Origin: Alloascoidea hylecoeti
Lineage: Eukaryota
NCBI GenBank assembly: GCA_001600815.1
Contig: BCKZ01000013.1
Span: 645,621 to 705,452, forward strand
DNA length: 59,832 bases
Direction of reading: 5' to 3'
Shown: positions 26,492 to 39,229 of the stretch, in pieces
Numbering within the stretch: the stretch's first letter is position 1
How the letters are laid out: each line of letters starts with the position of its first letter
Translations under genes and position numbers: made by a program
The notes under the pieces: model-generated
Seen by the model: only the letters and a program-made list of their open reading frames with translations
Databases searched by the model: none
What the model was told of the DNA's origin: nothing

Positions 26492-29400
26492 AAAATTAAA
26501 GCCTCGATTGTGTTTTGATCGGCAAGTGCTTTTATCACATGAATTTATTTATCTTATCTACTTACAATATTTTTTCCCCATTAAAACGATTATTCGTATT
26601 ATAATATTTGATGGTAGATTTGTAGGCATTGTACTGATAATTGTATTAAAACTTACTGTCTCGCGATAAACAATCTCCATTTATTATTGTTATGGAATAT
26701 TTATAAGTTCAGACTTAAGATCTCAAATCATGTCTAATTAAATATTATCGCAATCGGCTCAAGCTTATGTCTATTAGGGTTAACGTTGACTAGATGGAAA
26801 ATATTTGTTATAAGTTAGAATTTTGTTACTTCTTAATACAGACATTATCAATATCTTTTGCAGGTAACCAGCAGATCTAGATTTCCTAGACATCTTGAAG
26901 GTACTAATGTTTTGAAATATCAGTGAATGCCGTAAAGAAACGCTATCGGGACAAAAAGGCTACCGTGCATTCAAAATCGTTACATGTCAACCACGAATTG
27001 CAGGACCAGCAACAAATATAAACTATTAAAAATAGTATTACTAAAGTCTAATTTCATAATTCTGATGATATATGTTCGATATGTTATTTTGTAAATCTTG
27101 TTGTGATGGGTTCTTCTACGACTTAGCGTATTGAGCTTACTAGTTATCTTCAGGCAATTGTGTGTAATTAGCGCCTTTCCCATCTGCAAAAATGTGAATT
27201 CCATTGATAGTTTTTATTCGATCTTCAAGCATTGTGATTTATTTCCTGCATCCCCTTAAAGGTATTTGTCCAAATGAGAAAACCATCACCATATATCTCG
27301 TATGTTTTCAATTTTTCTAACCACGAATCATAAACTTCTTTTGCATATTCTGTAGATTTACATAGTTCACGCAAATTCTCATATAAAATGAATTTCTCCA
27401 AATTTTTTGGTTATTTCTACCTTCTTTTCACCCACCCAAACTTCAATACATAATATCATCAGTAGATTAAAAGGATGAATTCGGGTTGTTTTGCGAAGCC
27501 TCATCAAATATTTTTAGGGGCTTTAGCTTCAACTTTCGCTTTCTAGTATATTTTAATGATATCCTTTTGAGACCGGTGGCTTGTGGGATTTGTTACTAGT
27601 ACTAGCTTCCATTAACTTTTATATAGCGAAGTAATACTTATTATATAAAAAACATATAAAGAAATTGTATTGATCTTAAAAGTGATAATTATTCCCGAAA
27701 CTCCCTTGCTACTATGGAACAAGCAACTCAAGCGAGGTTTAAAAACGTTAAGTTAATGGCACAGGAGCAGGAAACAGGCAGATATTATTACTATTCCACA
27801 TTAAATATTGACGCTCTAAAGATCTCTACAAGATCGAATGAATTAATTCAACACTGGTGAAACAAACATGGCCATTTTTCTTAAATATAATCATCGGAGG
27901 AACCTTCCATCTACGCAGAACACACACTAAGTTTTCCTCGGGAAGATTTATAAGAAGAATTAGCTGAAGTGGAGGGTAAAATATCGTTTATCCCGTACTT
28001 TTGTAATACCAAGCCGTCGATCAGTTTCACCAAGGTTTCATATATGAGTGATTGTAATAAATGCTTGAGATTCGGGTTCATATTTTAGACACTCACTTAT
28101 TATTTCAATGACCAGTTTATGGAAAGTCTTCGAACATTGATGCTTCCTTGGAGAGTTTTTTCTTGGCAATCTTTGAGATGGACCATTTTTCAGACCACAA
28201 TCAATTAATCAATCAATCCATGAAAACGCGTTAGAGTATCAGCACAAATATTTTCAGACAAAATCTATAATCTACTAACGATATACTTCCCCTTGAGAGT
28301 GTAGGGAACTTTTTTTTTTTTGATTGGAGTTTTCTCGTGATAATCTACGGTAGAGACGAGCTTGAAGTAGATTTTGTGATACCAAATTTTTTGACAACTT
28401 TTCTATACGACACCTGCTTGTTATTTCAACAACAAGAGAGTATAAGGTTGTTCTAATTTTGCTTCTCATTATTTTTTAGTTATACCAGATGACATTTGAA
28501 TTACTGGAAATGATCGGTAGTTGTAAATAGAGGAGGAACTTCTGAATTGAACTTGTTCAACGTTTTGGGGTGTGTCGGAAAAATTTATAGATCTCACCAA
28601 TTCTCATTCTTCACTATGGCACTTACGTTAAAGATACACTACACCATCTAGTGAAAAAAAAGGCATTACATACCTATATGACACTGCTTAACTGGCCGTG
28701 GGATGCTTGAAATCGTGATTTAATATTTGGAGTTGATGGGCTCTGAGCTATATCGTAGAAGAATGCTCACACCTCAATAAGATGTACAAAACCAAAAATC
28801 AAACATATATTATTATGAGATTAAGTATTTTAGCAATACTATTTTTAATAATTTATACTTATTGCTGGTCTTGCAATTCGTGGTTGAAATGTAACAATTT
28901 TTGTGTCTCGTTTTATATTGATGACGGTACCTGGTACACATAAGAGAGCATATAACAACCTAAAGTGGCTTGTCTAGATTTAATAAAATCCCTTAATATT
29001 TTAGTGAGAGATTCTCAGAAAGAAGCACTCCATATAGTCGAATCAAATCAATAAACTACCCTTTTTTAGCAGAAAATATCGAGAGTAATATTTTAGGGAG
29101 ACTAGACTTGGTTGATTGACCTTCCCATCTGACTTGAGTGTGATATATGCTGAGTAAGTTGTAGGAGTTAAAAGGCCTATTGTTTAACTCGGTTACAAGC
29201 CATTAAGTGATAGAGCTTACAAGCGATCTGCACATCCATTTATTATCTGGAAGTGTTGTTGGTTCATTTTTAACATACAACTATATTTATGTGGTGTAAA
29301 GCTACAACACGTCATAATTAATATCTTATATATAGGGCTAAAGCTCCTCTTTGCCTATGCAAGGTAGTATGCTAGAAACTGTAAATACATATAATATCAA

Positions 29401-30148
29401 GAATAACCATCTTCCGACGAGCAAAGATGGTAAGTAAACAGAAGGAAAAAAAAGAAATATCTTAAAAAAATTGGTCAGTCCCAATCGCTAATTATTTGGT
29501 ATTAGATTAACCACTGTTGCTCATTCCATTTGTTTAGTTCTCATAATCTATTTAAATAGAGAGTGCCAATCATATATGAATACATGTATTGTTAATATGC
29601 ACGGTAGAATAATTAAATATTCATTCGGATGAAAAATGAATTTAATTCTAGTATATTAGTTAAGAAAGATTGCCTTTTATTTAACTCATAAATGGCTTGA
29701 AGTTTATCATACTTTCGGAATTTGATAGATACAATTAAGAAAACATGCAAAGGAGTTAATATAAGGTTTGTTTACATTTATATAGACCCTCATCCAAGTT
29801 CTATCACGTGCACTTATAGAATATAACTTATATATTAGATCAATAATTTTAGAAACTTCATTTATTTTCCTTTAAATTTATCAACAACTCTTCCACTTAT
29901 ATATGAATTATTTCATCTTTTTGAGGGTTCTAATTTCAGGCTTGATTGGTTGCAATTGTACCTGAATCAAACTTAAGAGAATCTTTTCTGTGTGCATATG
30001 CATGAGACATATCCCGTATTCTTAAATTCCGGCCGCGATATATAAATATTTAATATATAACGATAGAAAAGCCTTTTAAAATCACTCAATTCAGATTTCA
30101 AACATAATTACACATTGCTTTGTTATTTCTGATACTTATCTAAAGGCA

Positions 30149-31941
30149 ATGTATTTGTTTCCCATTGAAATTAACAGCAATTCAAACGGAGCTCAAGCAG
30201 GTGAGAGTGATATTTATTGCCTAAATCTACAAATTAATTTTTAATAACATTACAAGACTTTTTTACACCAAAACCAAAGGAATACGCAAATATACAAAGG
30301 AAGGAAAACTTGATTAGTCTGCCATTTGAGTTGAGGCAAAAGATCGCAAATTACTGTACTCAGGCAGATGCTTTTCATTTATGCCTTGTATCACAAGACC
30401 TATATCAATCATCAATAGAGAGAATATATCGTTGTATAGTTATTGATGAATCACCACGAATATTTGGTAATAATGAGATCTTGACTGTTAGAAAATTATA
30501 CAAAATGGAACACGAAGATAAAATCAAAAACAATTATGAAAGAATGTCCTATACCCTAGTTCAATCAATAGGTGGAATTAAAGGGTGTTTGAGAACTTTA
30601 ATGACAAAAGGTAGTGAAAAGGGTCAGTTTATAAAACGGTTTGAATGCTTGAATTGTAAAGAGTTCCCGGAACGGGAACTACAAGAGGCTATAATGTCGA
30701 TATTAAGCTCTATGACAAACCTTCGCTGTCTTATATGGAGAAGCTCAGTAATACCAACTAATGTTTTAACAACTATGATAGCTGGAGAAAAAATTAATAC
30801 TTTATGCCTGAATCTGCCAATATCAACAAAACAATTTCCGGCCTTTAAATGCAGCCTAACGCAAATACAAAATTTAACATTTGGCCCTTATGAAGCTTCC
30901 AAAAATCTAAAAGATCTGGCTAAATGTTTATCATCCTCTGGAAGCATCCCCAAATTAAAATCTCTATATTTGTCACAAGATTATACTGGTTATAAAATAA
31001 ATCCCAATAATGGTCCTCCTAACATGTATATTGATCCTTCTACAGCATTTGGTAATAGAGATCCTCTTGATATCAACACCTGTCAAAATTTCTTCGGGGA
31101 AATTCTCAAAAATACTGATCCTGGGACTCAATTAACATTACATAGATTGGGCATAGAAGGTGCCACTTTACAGCCCAATGACTTCCAAATTCTTAAAAAA
31201 GCAATAAATTCTAACTTCCTACGAGAATTGTCATTTGTAAATATCAGTGAGATTCCATGCGAAAGCGGGCAACAAAAAGGTTTACTTGAACATTTAATCG
31301 GAGCCACCCCCCAATTGAAGAATTTGACAATCGATTATTGTGAAGCTTTCTTTGATTCGGTACCTAAATATATCGAATCCTTCGATGGTTTGAGAAGAAT
31401 ATCTGTAACAATTAGATGGAATTCCACCAAAGCAAGAACTGGAATATCATGGAGTGAACTATGTGCCAACTACTTTAATGCTATCGTTAAGCATAAAGAT
31501 ACTCTTGAGTTTTTATCAATCGAGACTGTGGATGAATTACCATTTGCAAATACAAGTAGGAGAATGACACCTGAAGCAGTTATTAGTTTGAAGAGATGCA
31601 AAAATCTTAAAGGGTTACGAATTTCATTACAGTCATTTGATAATCGTAGGGGAATGGTCATTATTTCAAAATTTCATAATCTTTTGTATTTAGACCTTTT
31701 TGGAGGAAGTGGTCCTGCATATCTAGGTCAGCCCGTATCAGGATTATCTTTATTGCTTGAAGCATGGACACGGTACGAATCAATCGCTATAGAGCTAAAA
31801 GCTTCTCAACCATCTTTACAGTATATTAAAATTGATGATCAGATTTTGGATGTTAGGGTTCCGAATAAACCTATTATTAGAGAAGGACTAGACGAATGGT
31901 TCCAACAAAAAGTTAAAAACCAGTGGCAATGGGATTACTAA
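30149..31941 (+). CDS. F-box protein with LRR-like C-terminal region, 2 exons (30149-30200, 30257-31941)
   Basis: F-box LISLPFELRQKIANYCTQADAFHLCLVS. The ORF-track start is TTG; an upstream ATG exon joins in frame through a GTGAGA...AAG intron. Confidence 0.75.
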
Positions 31942-32091
31942 CTTTGGAATAAATAATTTTTTGCATGTTCTTATAAGTATTTCGGGTGGAATAAAATCGT
32001 AGGATATAATATTCAATGCTGATGTGTATTTCCATTAACATAAATTAACTTTCAACTTATCTATAGACTATAATATTAAAATTTGAGCATC

Positions 32092-33248
32092 TTATGCTTT
32101 CTTCACATGTGTAGCAGCACTCAATATTCCTGGTAGTTCTTCGCTTCCGACACTATAAAGCAATTGTACCCCTCCAACTACCAGGAGAATCAATACAATC
32201 CCAAACCAAAGGAATAAATTAAATTCAAAACTGACATCTTTTCTTTGTGATGGGGTACTTCTCTTTTCCTTAATAGTTTGTTCCAATTTTCTATGGGTTA
32301 TAACTGGTTTTCCAGTGTTAGCAGAATCATCAGGCAGAACAATAACCGTGCTCTTAACTTTTGAGGCAAATGATTTTATAATATGATTGATGGATTCAAA
32401 TATCATTTGCTCCGCAATTTTGACTTTTTTTGAATCTCCCCCATAACGGTTTGATAAAGCACTCAGTGAGCGAGATTCGATAATGACAGTTTGTCCATGC
32501 ACAGGTGATTGTGAGGTAAGGGAGTTTAATGCTGAAATCTCATAAATGAATTGTTTATCCTCCTCAATTTGTTGGTCGAACTGATCTTTAAGATTAGACT
32601 TTTGGGTATTGAAAGCATCATTAAATAGACTGACAATATTAATCTCCAGTTTTTTGAAAGCTGTGAAATCAATATCGGCGAATTCTCCTACAACTGAGAA
32701 AAGGGGAGCTAAGTTTGTTTCATGGTTTATTTTGTTCACAATAGTGTCTTTTAACTGACCCACTTGATGAACGAGAGTATTCAAAAGCGAAGAAAAGTAA
32801 GAAAATTTTGGAGGTGATTCAATAGTAAAAAGAGGTAAAATCCCTTCGCTTGACATAAAATCTTTTGTGTTATCTATTCCTTGAACAACAATCATAAAGC
32901 TTCCTTCTTCATTTGCAAATAAAGATTCAGAAGGGTTGATATCCAAGTCTTTTAGGGAAAGAACTTCTTCACTCTAATATATCATTAAACAGTGTTAGAA
33001 ATCTGTCATAAATTAGCATCGTCCAATTAAATTAAGCTTACAGAAATGTCTTCGTCTCTAAACACATCCAATCTATCGGCTAGAACCAATTTCGCAGTGT
33101 TGAAATCCAACTTGGGTGTCGCATCTGTTTTGGGTGCATGTGGAAAGACAAACACAGCAGCCTCTAGTGCCTTGTGTGCTTCTGATAAGCTTCCGACGGT
33201 CAGAAGAGCTACAGAAAACAGAGTAGATAATTTAGTAGATGCCTTCAT
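32092..33248 (-). CDS. Vps3844/DUF3844-like type I membrane protein, 2 exons (33248-33042, 32973-32092), 362 aa
   Basis: Signal peptide MKASTKLSTLFSVALL..., a 68-nt intron in frame, and C-terminal KDVSFEFNLFLW-TM-LYSVGSEELPGILSA. Confidence 0.7.
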
Positions 33249-33361
33249 GTTTGAGGAATAGAAACAATGAAACATTAAAGTGTCGAGAGTTGGGTAACTA
33301 TTTATGCCGGGTAACTCTTCGCCATTTTTCAATAATTAGTGCACTGTGGAAACATCTAGTT

Positions 33362-34015
33362 ATGATAGGGAATCAAAAGGATTTTATTGAAAGCAGCGAT
33401 GACAGCTCATCTAGTGATGACGATATGATTGGACCAAGCATACCGAAAAGCATATTATCTGCACAGGAAGAGGAGGCCAAGGCTAAAAAGAGACTTCAGA
33501 AAAACTCCAAAAGTAATGTTCATGGAATGCCACATTCAACATCTAGACCTGAATGGATGACATTACCACCTAGTTGGGCTAATCCTGGGACAGCAACCAA
33601 GCAAATTGACCCACCATATATAAAAAGTCGATTTTTCATGACCAAGAAGACTGCCCAGAGAGTTCAAAAACAGACAGGGGCATCCAGCTCTTGGCTCGAA
33701 AGTGAAACAGACAGGACGAAACGGGAGGCAGAAGAGATGATGGGACTAAGAAACATCAAGAATTCCAGTGAATCAGACAATCACACAAAGTCCTCTAAAG
33801 GAAACACCAAACACACACATAGGTCTACAAAAAATGCGAACACCACATCCATATCAATACAGAAGAACACATCAAAGGTCACAAAACCAAAAAAGGAGCA
33901 ATCTGCTACATTTAATAGAGAAGAATTAATGAGCACTCGTTCAGAAAGAAAAAAACAAATTTTGCAACGAACAGCCAACATCATGAGCAAATTTGAAGGT
34001 AGTGAAAATCTATAA
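33362..34015 (+). CDS. GPALPP1/DUF3752-like protein
   Basis: DDDMIGPSIP, RPEWMTLPP, SSWLESETDR and FNREEL motifs. First ATG at 33362. Confidence 0.75.
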   Translation: MIGNQKDFIESSDDSSSSDDDMIGPSIPKSILSAQEEEAKAKKRLQKNSKSNVHGMPHSTSRPEWMTLPPSWANPGTATKQIDPPYIKSRFFMTKKTAQRVQKQTGASSSWLESETDRTKREAEEMMGLRNIKNSSESDNHTKSSKGNTKHTHRSTKNANTTSISIQKNTSKVTKPKKEQSATFNREELMSTRSERKKQILQRTANIMSKFEGSENL

Positions 34016-34283
34016 TCAACTTTGAAATACTTTATTTATTCATTACGTATAATTAATTTGAGTTATGCCACTCTATTATTTTGTTTGTTAGAGTCAAGTC
34101 CACATAAATTAGTTCGGACCTCTACCTGTTGGGTTGAACTTATACCATTTCTTATAGAAGAAAATTTTTTCGGGTGATTACCTATTTTTTTAAAGCCTTT
34201 TAATTGTGAACTATTGGTGAACCTAATCGTCAGCTTTATCGAACCTTTATAAAGATGGCAGGAGTTATCTTCAAAAGATTTTT

Positions 34284-34629
34284 TCATGCTGATTTTTTTT
34301 TCTGTTCCTTCAGTTTGTTCTGTTTTTCAACCTGCCTTCGGGAACCTTTGACGACTTCTAAATGCCCCACTCTGCTTGCAATTAATTTCTCCGTTGCTGA
34401 GATAAGAGCAGCTTTGTGTGTTTTTTGGATTTTAGCTTCGGTTTTCAATAGTTTCTTTTGGGGTGCGATGATTTTAGGTGCAGCTTTTTTCTGTTGTGAT
34501 CTATTTCGAAGTTTGAGGCAACATTAGTTTATAACTGTAATATAATGTGTAATATTATGGAAGTACTTACTGCTTTTTGGTTATTCTACCAGCAGATTTT
34601 TTTTTCAATTTCAAATTCCCTTGGGCCAT
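34284..34629 (-). CDS. UPF0390/DUF2462 (C19orf53-like) small basic protein, 2 exons (34629-34571, 34500-34284), 91 aa
   Basis: Spliced translation MAQGNLKLKKKSAGRITKKQSQQKKAAPKIIAPQK...ATEKLIASRVGHLEVVKG through a GTAAGT...TAG intron. Not in the ORF track. Confidence 0.8.
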
Positions 34630-35035
34630 TATTATTTATAATTATGGGAACAAAAATACTTTGATAGTGGTTATAAAAGTTCTGTTATTTACGCTTATGT
34701 GTGCGGGTAACCTTATATATCAAACGGTTTCGCACAAAAAGAGTTTTTAGTAGTCTCTCCAGGACCACCAACACCTTCTTAACTTTCACAGTCGCCCATA
34801 GTATAACAGCATATATATCTGCTTATATTGTGTTTGGTACGTTGCTCCTCTCTGTTTTCATCTTCACATTCGGTCGTTTTTTTGTAATGGCTGATATTCA
34901 TGCGGGTCTTCACTCTGATCTGCTTCATACTGATCTTCATCATTTATCTTTTTCAGCACTAACCTTCATTCCCAAAATTAGTCACCTCAATTATCAAGTT
35001 TTGATTGACATCCAACCCAGCACTAGATATCCTCG

Positions 35036-38000
35036 ATGAGTAAAGACTTTCTTGTCATCCCAGGTCCAGTGGGATTATCTTCATTTAGATCTGCAAATTT
35101 AATTTCAGATATCAACAAAGCAGTAAATTCTTCAATTGTTACTTCCATCAGATCTTCATATGTTCACTATATCTCTTTGAAGCCAAGCGCTGATGATGCT
35201 ATTTTTAACACTGCAACTAACGAAAGACGTTTGCTAGATGCTCTTCTGGAATATAACTCACCACTTGACAATTCGGATGCTTTAACAAAAACCCTCATCA
35301 AAACTATCGAAACCCCAGAAAATGCGTCACTCGATCAAGATAGTTATATTGTTAGAATCATTCCTCGACCAGGTACTATCTCTCCATGGTCATCAAAGGC
35401 CACTAACATTGCTGAAGTCTGTGGATTGGATTCTCATATCGAGAGAATCGAGAGAGGCATTAATATTCTTATTAATGTCCGCCATGAATTTCCTTTTGAA
35501 ACTTTTTTAAAAAAACATGCTGGTCTCCACTCCGTTTTTGATAAAATGACGCAAACAATTTTAAATCATACTCCTACTCATGATGATCTTTTTCAACATC
35601 ATGAACCCAAACCTTTGATTGAAATTGATCTTAAAGAAGCCCCAAAGAAAAAAATTGAAGATGCAAATATTAAATTAGGTTTGGCTTTAGATGAAGGTGA
35701 AATCGAATACTTGGTAGAAGCATTTAGCCATAAAAATGGTCGCAAGCCTACGGATGTTGAATTATTCATGTTTGCTCAGGTTAATTCTGAACATTGTCGA
35801 CATAAAATATTTAATGCTGATTGGACAATTGATGGTGAAAAGAAACCATTCAGTCTATTCAAGATGATTAAAAATACTCATAACTTGCATCCAGAATATA
35901 CAATTTCAGCATATTCGGACAATGCAGCTGTTCTCGAAGGTCATGATGCTGTATTTTATGCTCCTGTTTTGAAAACTAAAGTTTGGACTTCAAAGGAAGA
36001 GAAAGTTCAACTCATTTGCAAAGTCGAAACCCACAACCATCCAACTGCTGTATCGCCATTTGCAGGAGCTGCTACCGGATCTGGTGGTGAGATTAGAGAC
36101 GAAGGTGCTGTTGGCCGCGGTTCTAAATCCAAAGCTGGTCTCTCAGGTTTTTCCATTTCGGATTTATTGATTCCCGGCTCTGTTCAACCTTGGGAGCTAG
36201 ACATTGGAAAACCAAGTCATATTGCAAGTGCTCTTGATATTATTATTGAAGCTCCGATTGGAAGTGCAGCTTTCAATAATGAATTTGGTCGTCCTTGTAT
36301 CACAGGTTACTTCAGAACTCTTACTACTAGAGTTGTAAATGGAAACGGAAAGGAAGAAATCAGAGGTTTCCATAAACCTATCATGATCGCAGGGGGGTTA
36401 GGTGCTATACGTCCTCAGTTTGCTCTAAAGAACAAGAAGATCACAGATGGTGCATGTATTATCGTTCTTGGTGGTCCTTCAATGCTTATTGGACTGGGTG
36501 GTGGTGCCGCTTCTTCTGTAGCTTCTGGAGATGCTTCTTCTGATCTAGATTTTGCTTCTGTCCAGAGAGGTAATCCCGAAATGCAAAGAAGAGCTCAGCA
36601 AGTTATTGATGCTTGTATTGGTTTAGACGACAATAATCCAATACAATCAATTCATGATGTTGGTGCAGGTGGTCTATCAAATGCTCTGCCCGAGCTTGTT
36701 CATGACAATGGCCTTGGTGCCATTTTTGAATTGAGAGATGTTCCATGCGTTGAGCCAGGAATGTCGCCAATGGAAATTTGGTGCTGTGAAGCTCAGGAGC
36801 GGTACGTTCTTGCAGTTGCTCCAAGTGATCTTCAATTGTTCAAGGAAATTTGTGATAGAGAAAGAGCACATTTTGCTGTTGTTGGTCATGCTACAACCGA
36901 GGAAAGATTAATCTTAAATGATAAACTATTAGGTACAACACCGATTGATTTGGAGATGTCAATTCTGTTTGGAAAACCCCCTAAGATGAGCAGGACAGCA
37001 ATTACTAAACCATTAACACTAACTCCTTTCAATTCTAGTGTTCATATATCGGAAGCTGTTGATAGAGTTCTGCATCTTCCTAGTGTTGGGTCTAAATCAT
37101 TCTTGATCAGTATTGGTGATAGATCCGTTACAGGTCTTATTGACAGAGACCAAATGGTCGGCCCATGGCAAGTTCCTGTAGCCGATGTTGGTGTAACATC
37201 CACTGCACTTGGCCAAAATATTATTACAGGTGAAGCTTTAGCTATGGGAGAAAAACCTGGCATCGCACTCATTTCTCCTGCAGCTTCTGCTAAGATGTGT
37301 GTTGCTGAATCTCTTATGAACCTGTACGCATCTGACGTTTCTGCCCTGGAGAGAGTTCGAATGAGTGCCAATTGGATGTCTGCTGCTTCACACGAAGGTG
37401 AAGGTTCTGCGCTTTATGAAGCTGTTCAAGCTATTGGTCTGGATCTTTGTCCTGCTCTTGGCGTTTCAATTCCAGTAGGCAAGGACAGTATGTCTTTGAA
37501 AATGAAGTGGAATGAGGATGGTAAGAAAAAAGAAGTAACTGCACCTCTTTCGCTGGTTGTTACAGCCTTTTCCCCCGTTGACAATACTCACAACACATGG
37601 ACTCCTCAACTTCAAAATATTGATGAATCTACAAAACTTGTTTTTGTTGACCTTTCTGATATTAGTAAACCTTCTGCACTTGGTGGTTCTGCCATCGCAC
37701 AGGTTTACAACGAACTAGGAGATGCTGCGCCTTCCGTTTTCAATACTGGTATCTTTAAGGGATTCTTGAAAGCTTTGGAAGAATTACATAAATCTGAAAA
37801 TCCAATTGTATTGGCATATCACGATAGATCAGATGGTGGTATATTTGTTACATTATTAGAAATGGCATTTTCTGGGCGTACTGGTCTTGATATATCACTA
37901 AAAGGTAACGATGATGTTATTACTGCATTATTCAACGAAGAACTAGGTGCTGTGTTCCAAATTAGGGATTCCGATTTAGCTAGATTCGGGGAATTATTGA

Positions 38001-39082
38001 ATACACATGGAGTTCCGGAAGGTCATATTTCTGTTGTTGGTTCAACTAATAATACTAAAAATCAAGAGATTTCATTCAGTTATAATGGAGTTCAAAAATT
38101 TACTTCTACTAGAGCTAAATTACAACAGGCATGGTCAGAAACTTCCTACAAAATCCAAAGATTGCGAGATAATCCACAATGTGCTGATCAAGAATTTGCC
38201 AATATTACTGACAACCAAGATCCTGGTCTTTCATATAAGCTGTCGTTTGAAACAAACGATCTTATCGGATTATCTTCTTTGGCTAATAAGCGCCCACAGG
38301 TTGCCATTTTACGTGAACAAGGTGTTAATGGTCAACAAGAAATGGCTTTTTCATTTGAACAAGCAGGCTTCACTTCTGTTGATGTTCACATGACAGACAT
38401 CCTAAGTGGCTCTGTTAATTTGGATGATTTTGTTGGAATTGCAGCATGTGGTGGATTTTCATATGGTGATGTTTTAGGAGCTGGCGCTGGTTGGGCCAAA
38501 TCAATTCTTTTCCACAAAGATGCTAAGGCACAATTTGAACGATTTTTTAATCAACGTAAGGACACTTTTGCATTTGGAGCCTGTAATGGTTGTCAGATGA
38601 TAAGTGGCCTCAAGTCCCTAATTAATGGTGCAGAAGATTGGCCAACTTTTAGTTCAAATGCATCAGAACAATACGAGGCTAGGGTGGCTATGGTTGAAAT
38701 ATTGGATAACGGTCCCGAACCAAGTGTGTTTTTACATGGAATGAAAGGATCCAAATTACCAATTGCAGTTGCTCATGGCGAAGGTAGAGCTTCTTTTTCT
38801 ACTATTGAACAACAGAATAAGTTACAATCTAATGGTTTAGTTTCTGTAAGATATGTTGATAATTATGGTAATGCTACAGAAAAGTATCCTTTCAATCCTA
38901 ATGGATCAGTTGATGGCATTACAGGTGTTCGTACGCCTAATGGTCGTGTTCTGATCATGATGCCACACCCTGAACGTGTTACAAGAAAGGAATCCAATTC
39001 ATGGTATCCGGCTGATGCCGCATGGGGAGAGAATGGGCCTTGGGTAAGATTATTCCGATCTGCGAGGAGATGGGTTAACTAA
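35036..39082 (+). CDS. ADE6: Phosphoribosylformylglycinamidine synthase
   Basis: NSEHCRHKIF, VETHNHPT, GGFSYGDVL, CNGCQ and MMPHPER. Confidence 0.98.
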   Translation: MSKDFLVIPGPVGLSSFRSANLISDINKAVNSSIVTSIRSSYVHYISLKPSADDAIFNTATNERRLLDALLEYNSPLDNSDALTKTLIKTIETPENASLDQDSYIVRIIPRPGTISPWSSKATNIAEVCGLDSHIERIERGINILINVRHEFPFETFLKKHAGLHSVFDKMTQTILNHTPTHDDLFQHHEPKPLIEIDLKEAPKKKIEDANIKLGLALDEGEIEYLVEAFSHKNGRKPTDVELFMFAQVNSEHCRHKIFNADWTIDGEKKPFSLFKMIKNTHNLHPEYTISAYSDNAAVLEGHDAVFYAPVLKTKVWTSKEEKVQLICKVETHNHPTAVSPFAGAATGSGGEIRDEGAVGRGSKSKAGLSGFSISDLLIPGSVQPWELDIGKPSHIASALDIIIEAPIGSAAFNNEFGRPCITGYFRTLTTRVVNGNGKEEIRGFHKPIMIAGGLGAIRPQFALKNKKITDGACIIVLGGPSMLIGLGGGAASSVASGDASSDLDFASVQRGNPEMQRRAQQVIDACIGLDDNNPIQSIHDVGAGGLSNALPELVHDNGLGAIFELRDVPCVEPGMSPMEIWCCEAQERYVLAVAPSDLQLFKEICDRERAHFAVVGHATTEERLILNDKLLGTTPIDLEMSILFGKPPKMSRTAITKPLTLTPFNSSVHISEAVDRVLHLPSVGSKSFLISIGDRSVTGLIDRDQMVGPWQVPVADVGVTSTALGQNIITGEALAMGEKPGIALISPAASAKMCVAESLMNLYASDVSALERVRMSANWMSAASHEGEGSALYEAVQAIGLDLCPALGVSIPVGKDSMSLKMKWNEDGKKKEVTAPLSLVVTAFSPVDNTHNTWTPQLQNIDESTKLVFVDLSDISKPSALGGSAIAQVYNELGDAAPSVFNTGIFKGFLKALEELHKSENPIVLAYHDRSDGGIFVTLLEMAFSGRTGLDISLKGNDDVITALFNEELGAVFQIRDSDLARFGELLNTHGVPEGHISVVGSTNNTKNQEISFSYNGVQKFTSTRAKLQQAWSETSYKIQRLRDNPQCADQEFANITDNQDPGLSYKLSFETNDLIGLSSLANKRPQVAILREQGVNGQQEMAFSFEQAGFTSVDVHMTDILSGSVNLDDFVGIAACGGFSYGDVLGAGAGWAKSILFHKDAKAQFERFFNQRKDTFAFGACNGCQMISGLKSLINGAEDWPTFSSNASEQYEARVAMVEILDNGPEPSVFLHGMKGSKLPIAVAHGEGRASFSTIEQQNKLQSNGLVSVRYVDNYGNATEKYPFNPNGSVDGITGVRTPNGRVLIMMPHPERVTRKESNSWYPADAAWGENGPWVRLFRSARRWVN

Positions 39083-39229
39083 GTTTGCGGTGCTTTTTCG
39101 ATATAACTATAAAATGTATAAAAATATATATAAAAAAAAGTATCACATTTATATATAATTCTAAATATATACGATCTATTAGATTTATTCCTTTAAATTT
39201 AAATAACAATGACATGTATAGAAAAAAAT

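Noticed and set aside
34860..34940. Intronic C/D snoRNA in the ADE6 leader
   Set aside because: CTGA boxes are present but there is no convincing RTGATGA C box or terminal stem.
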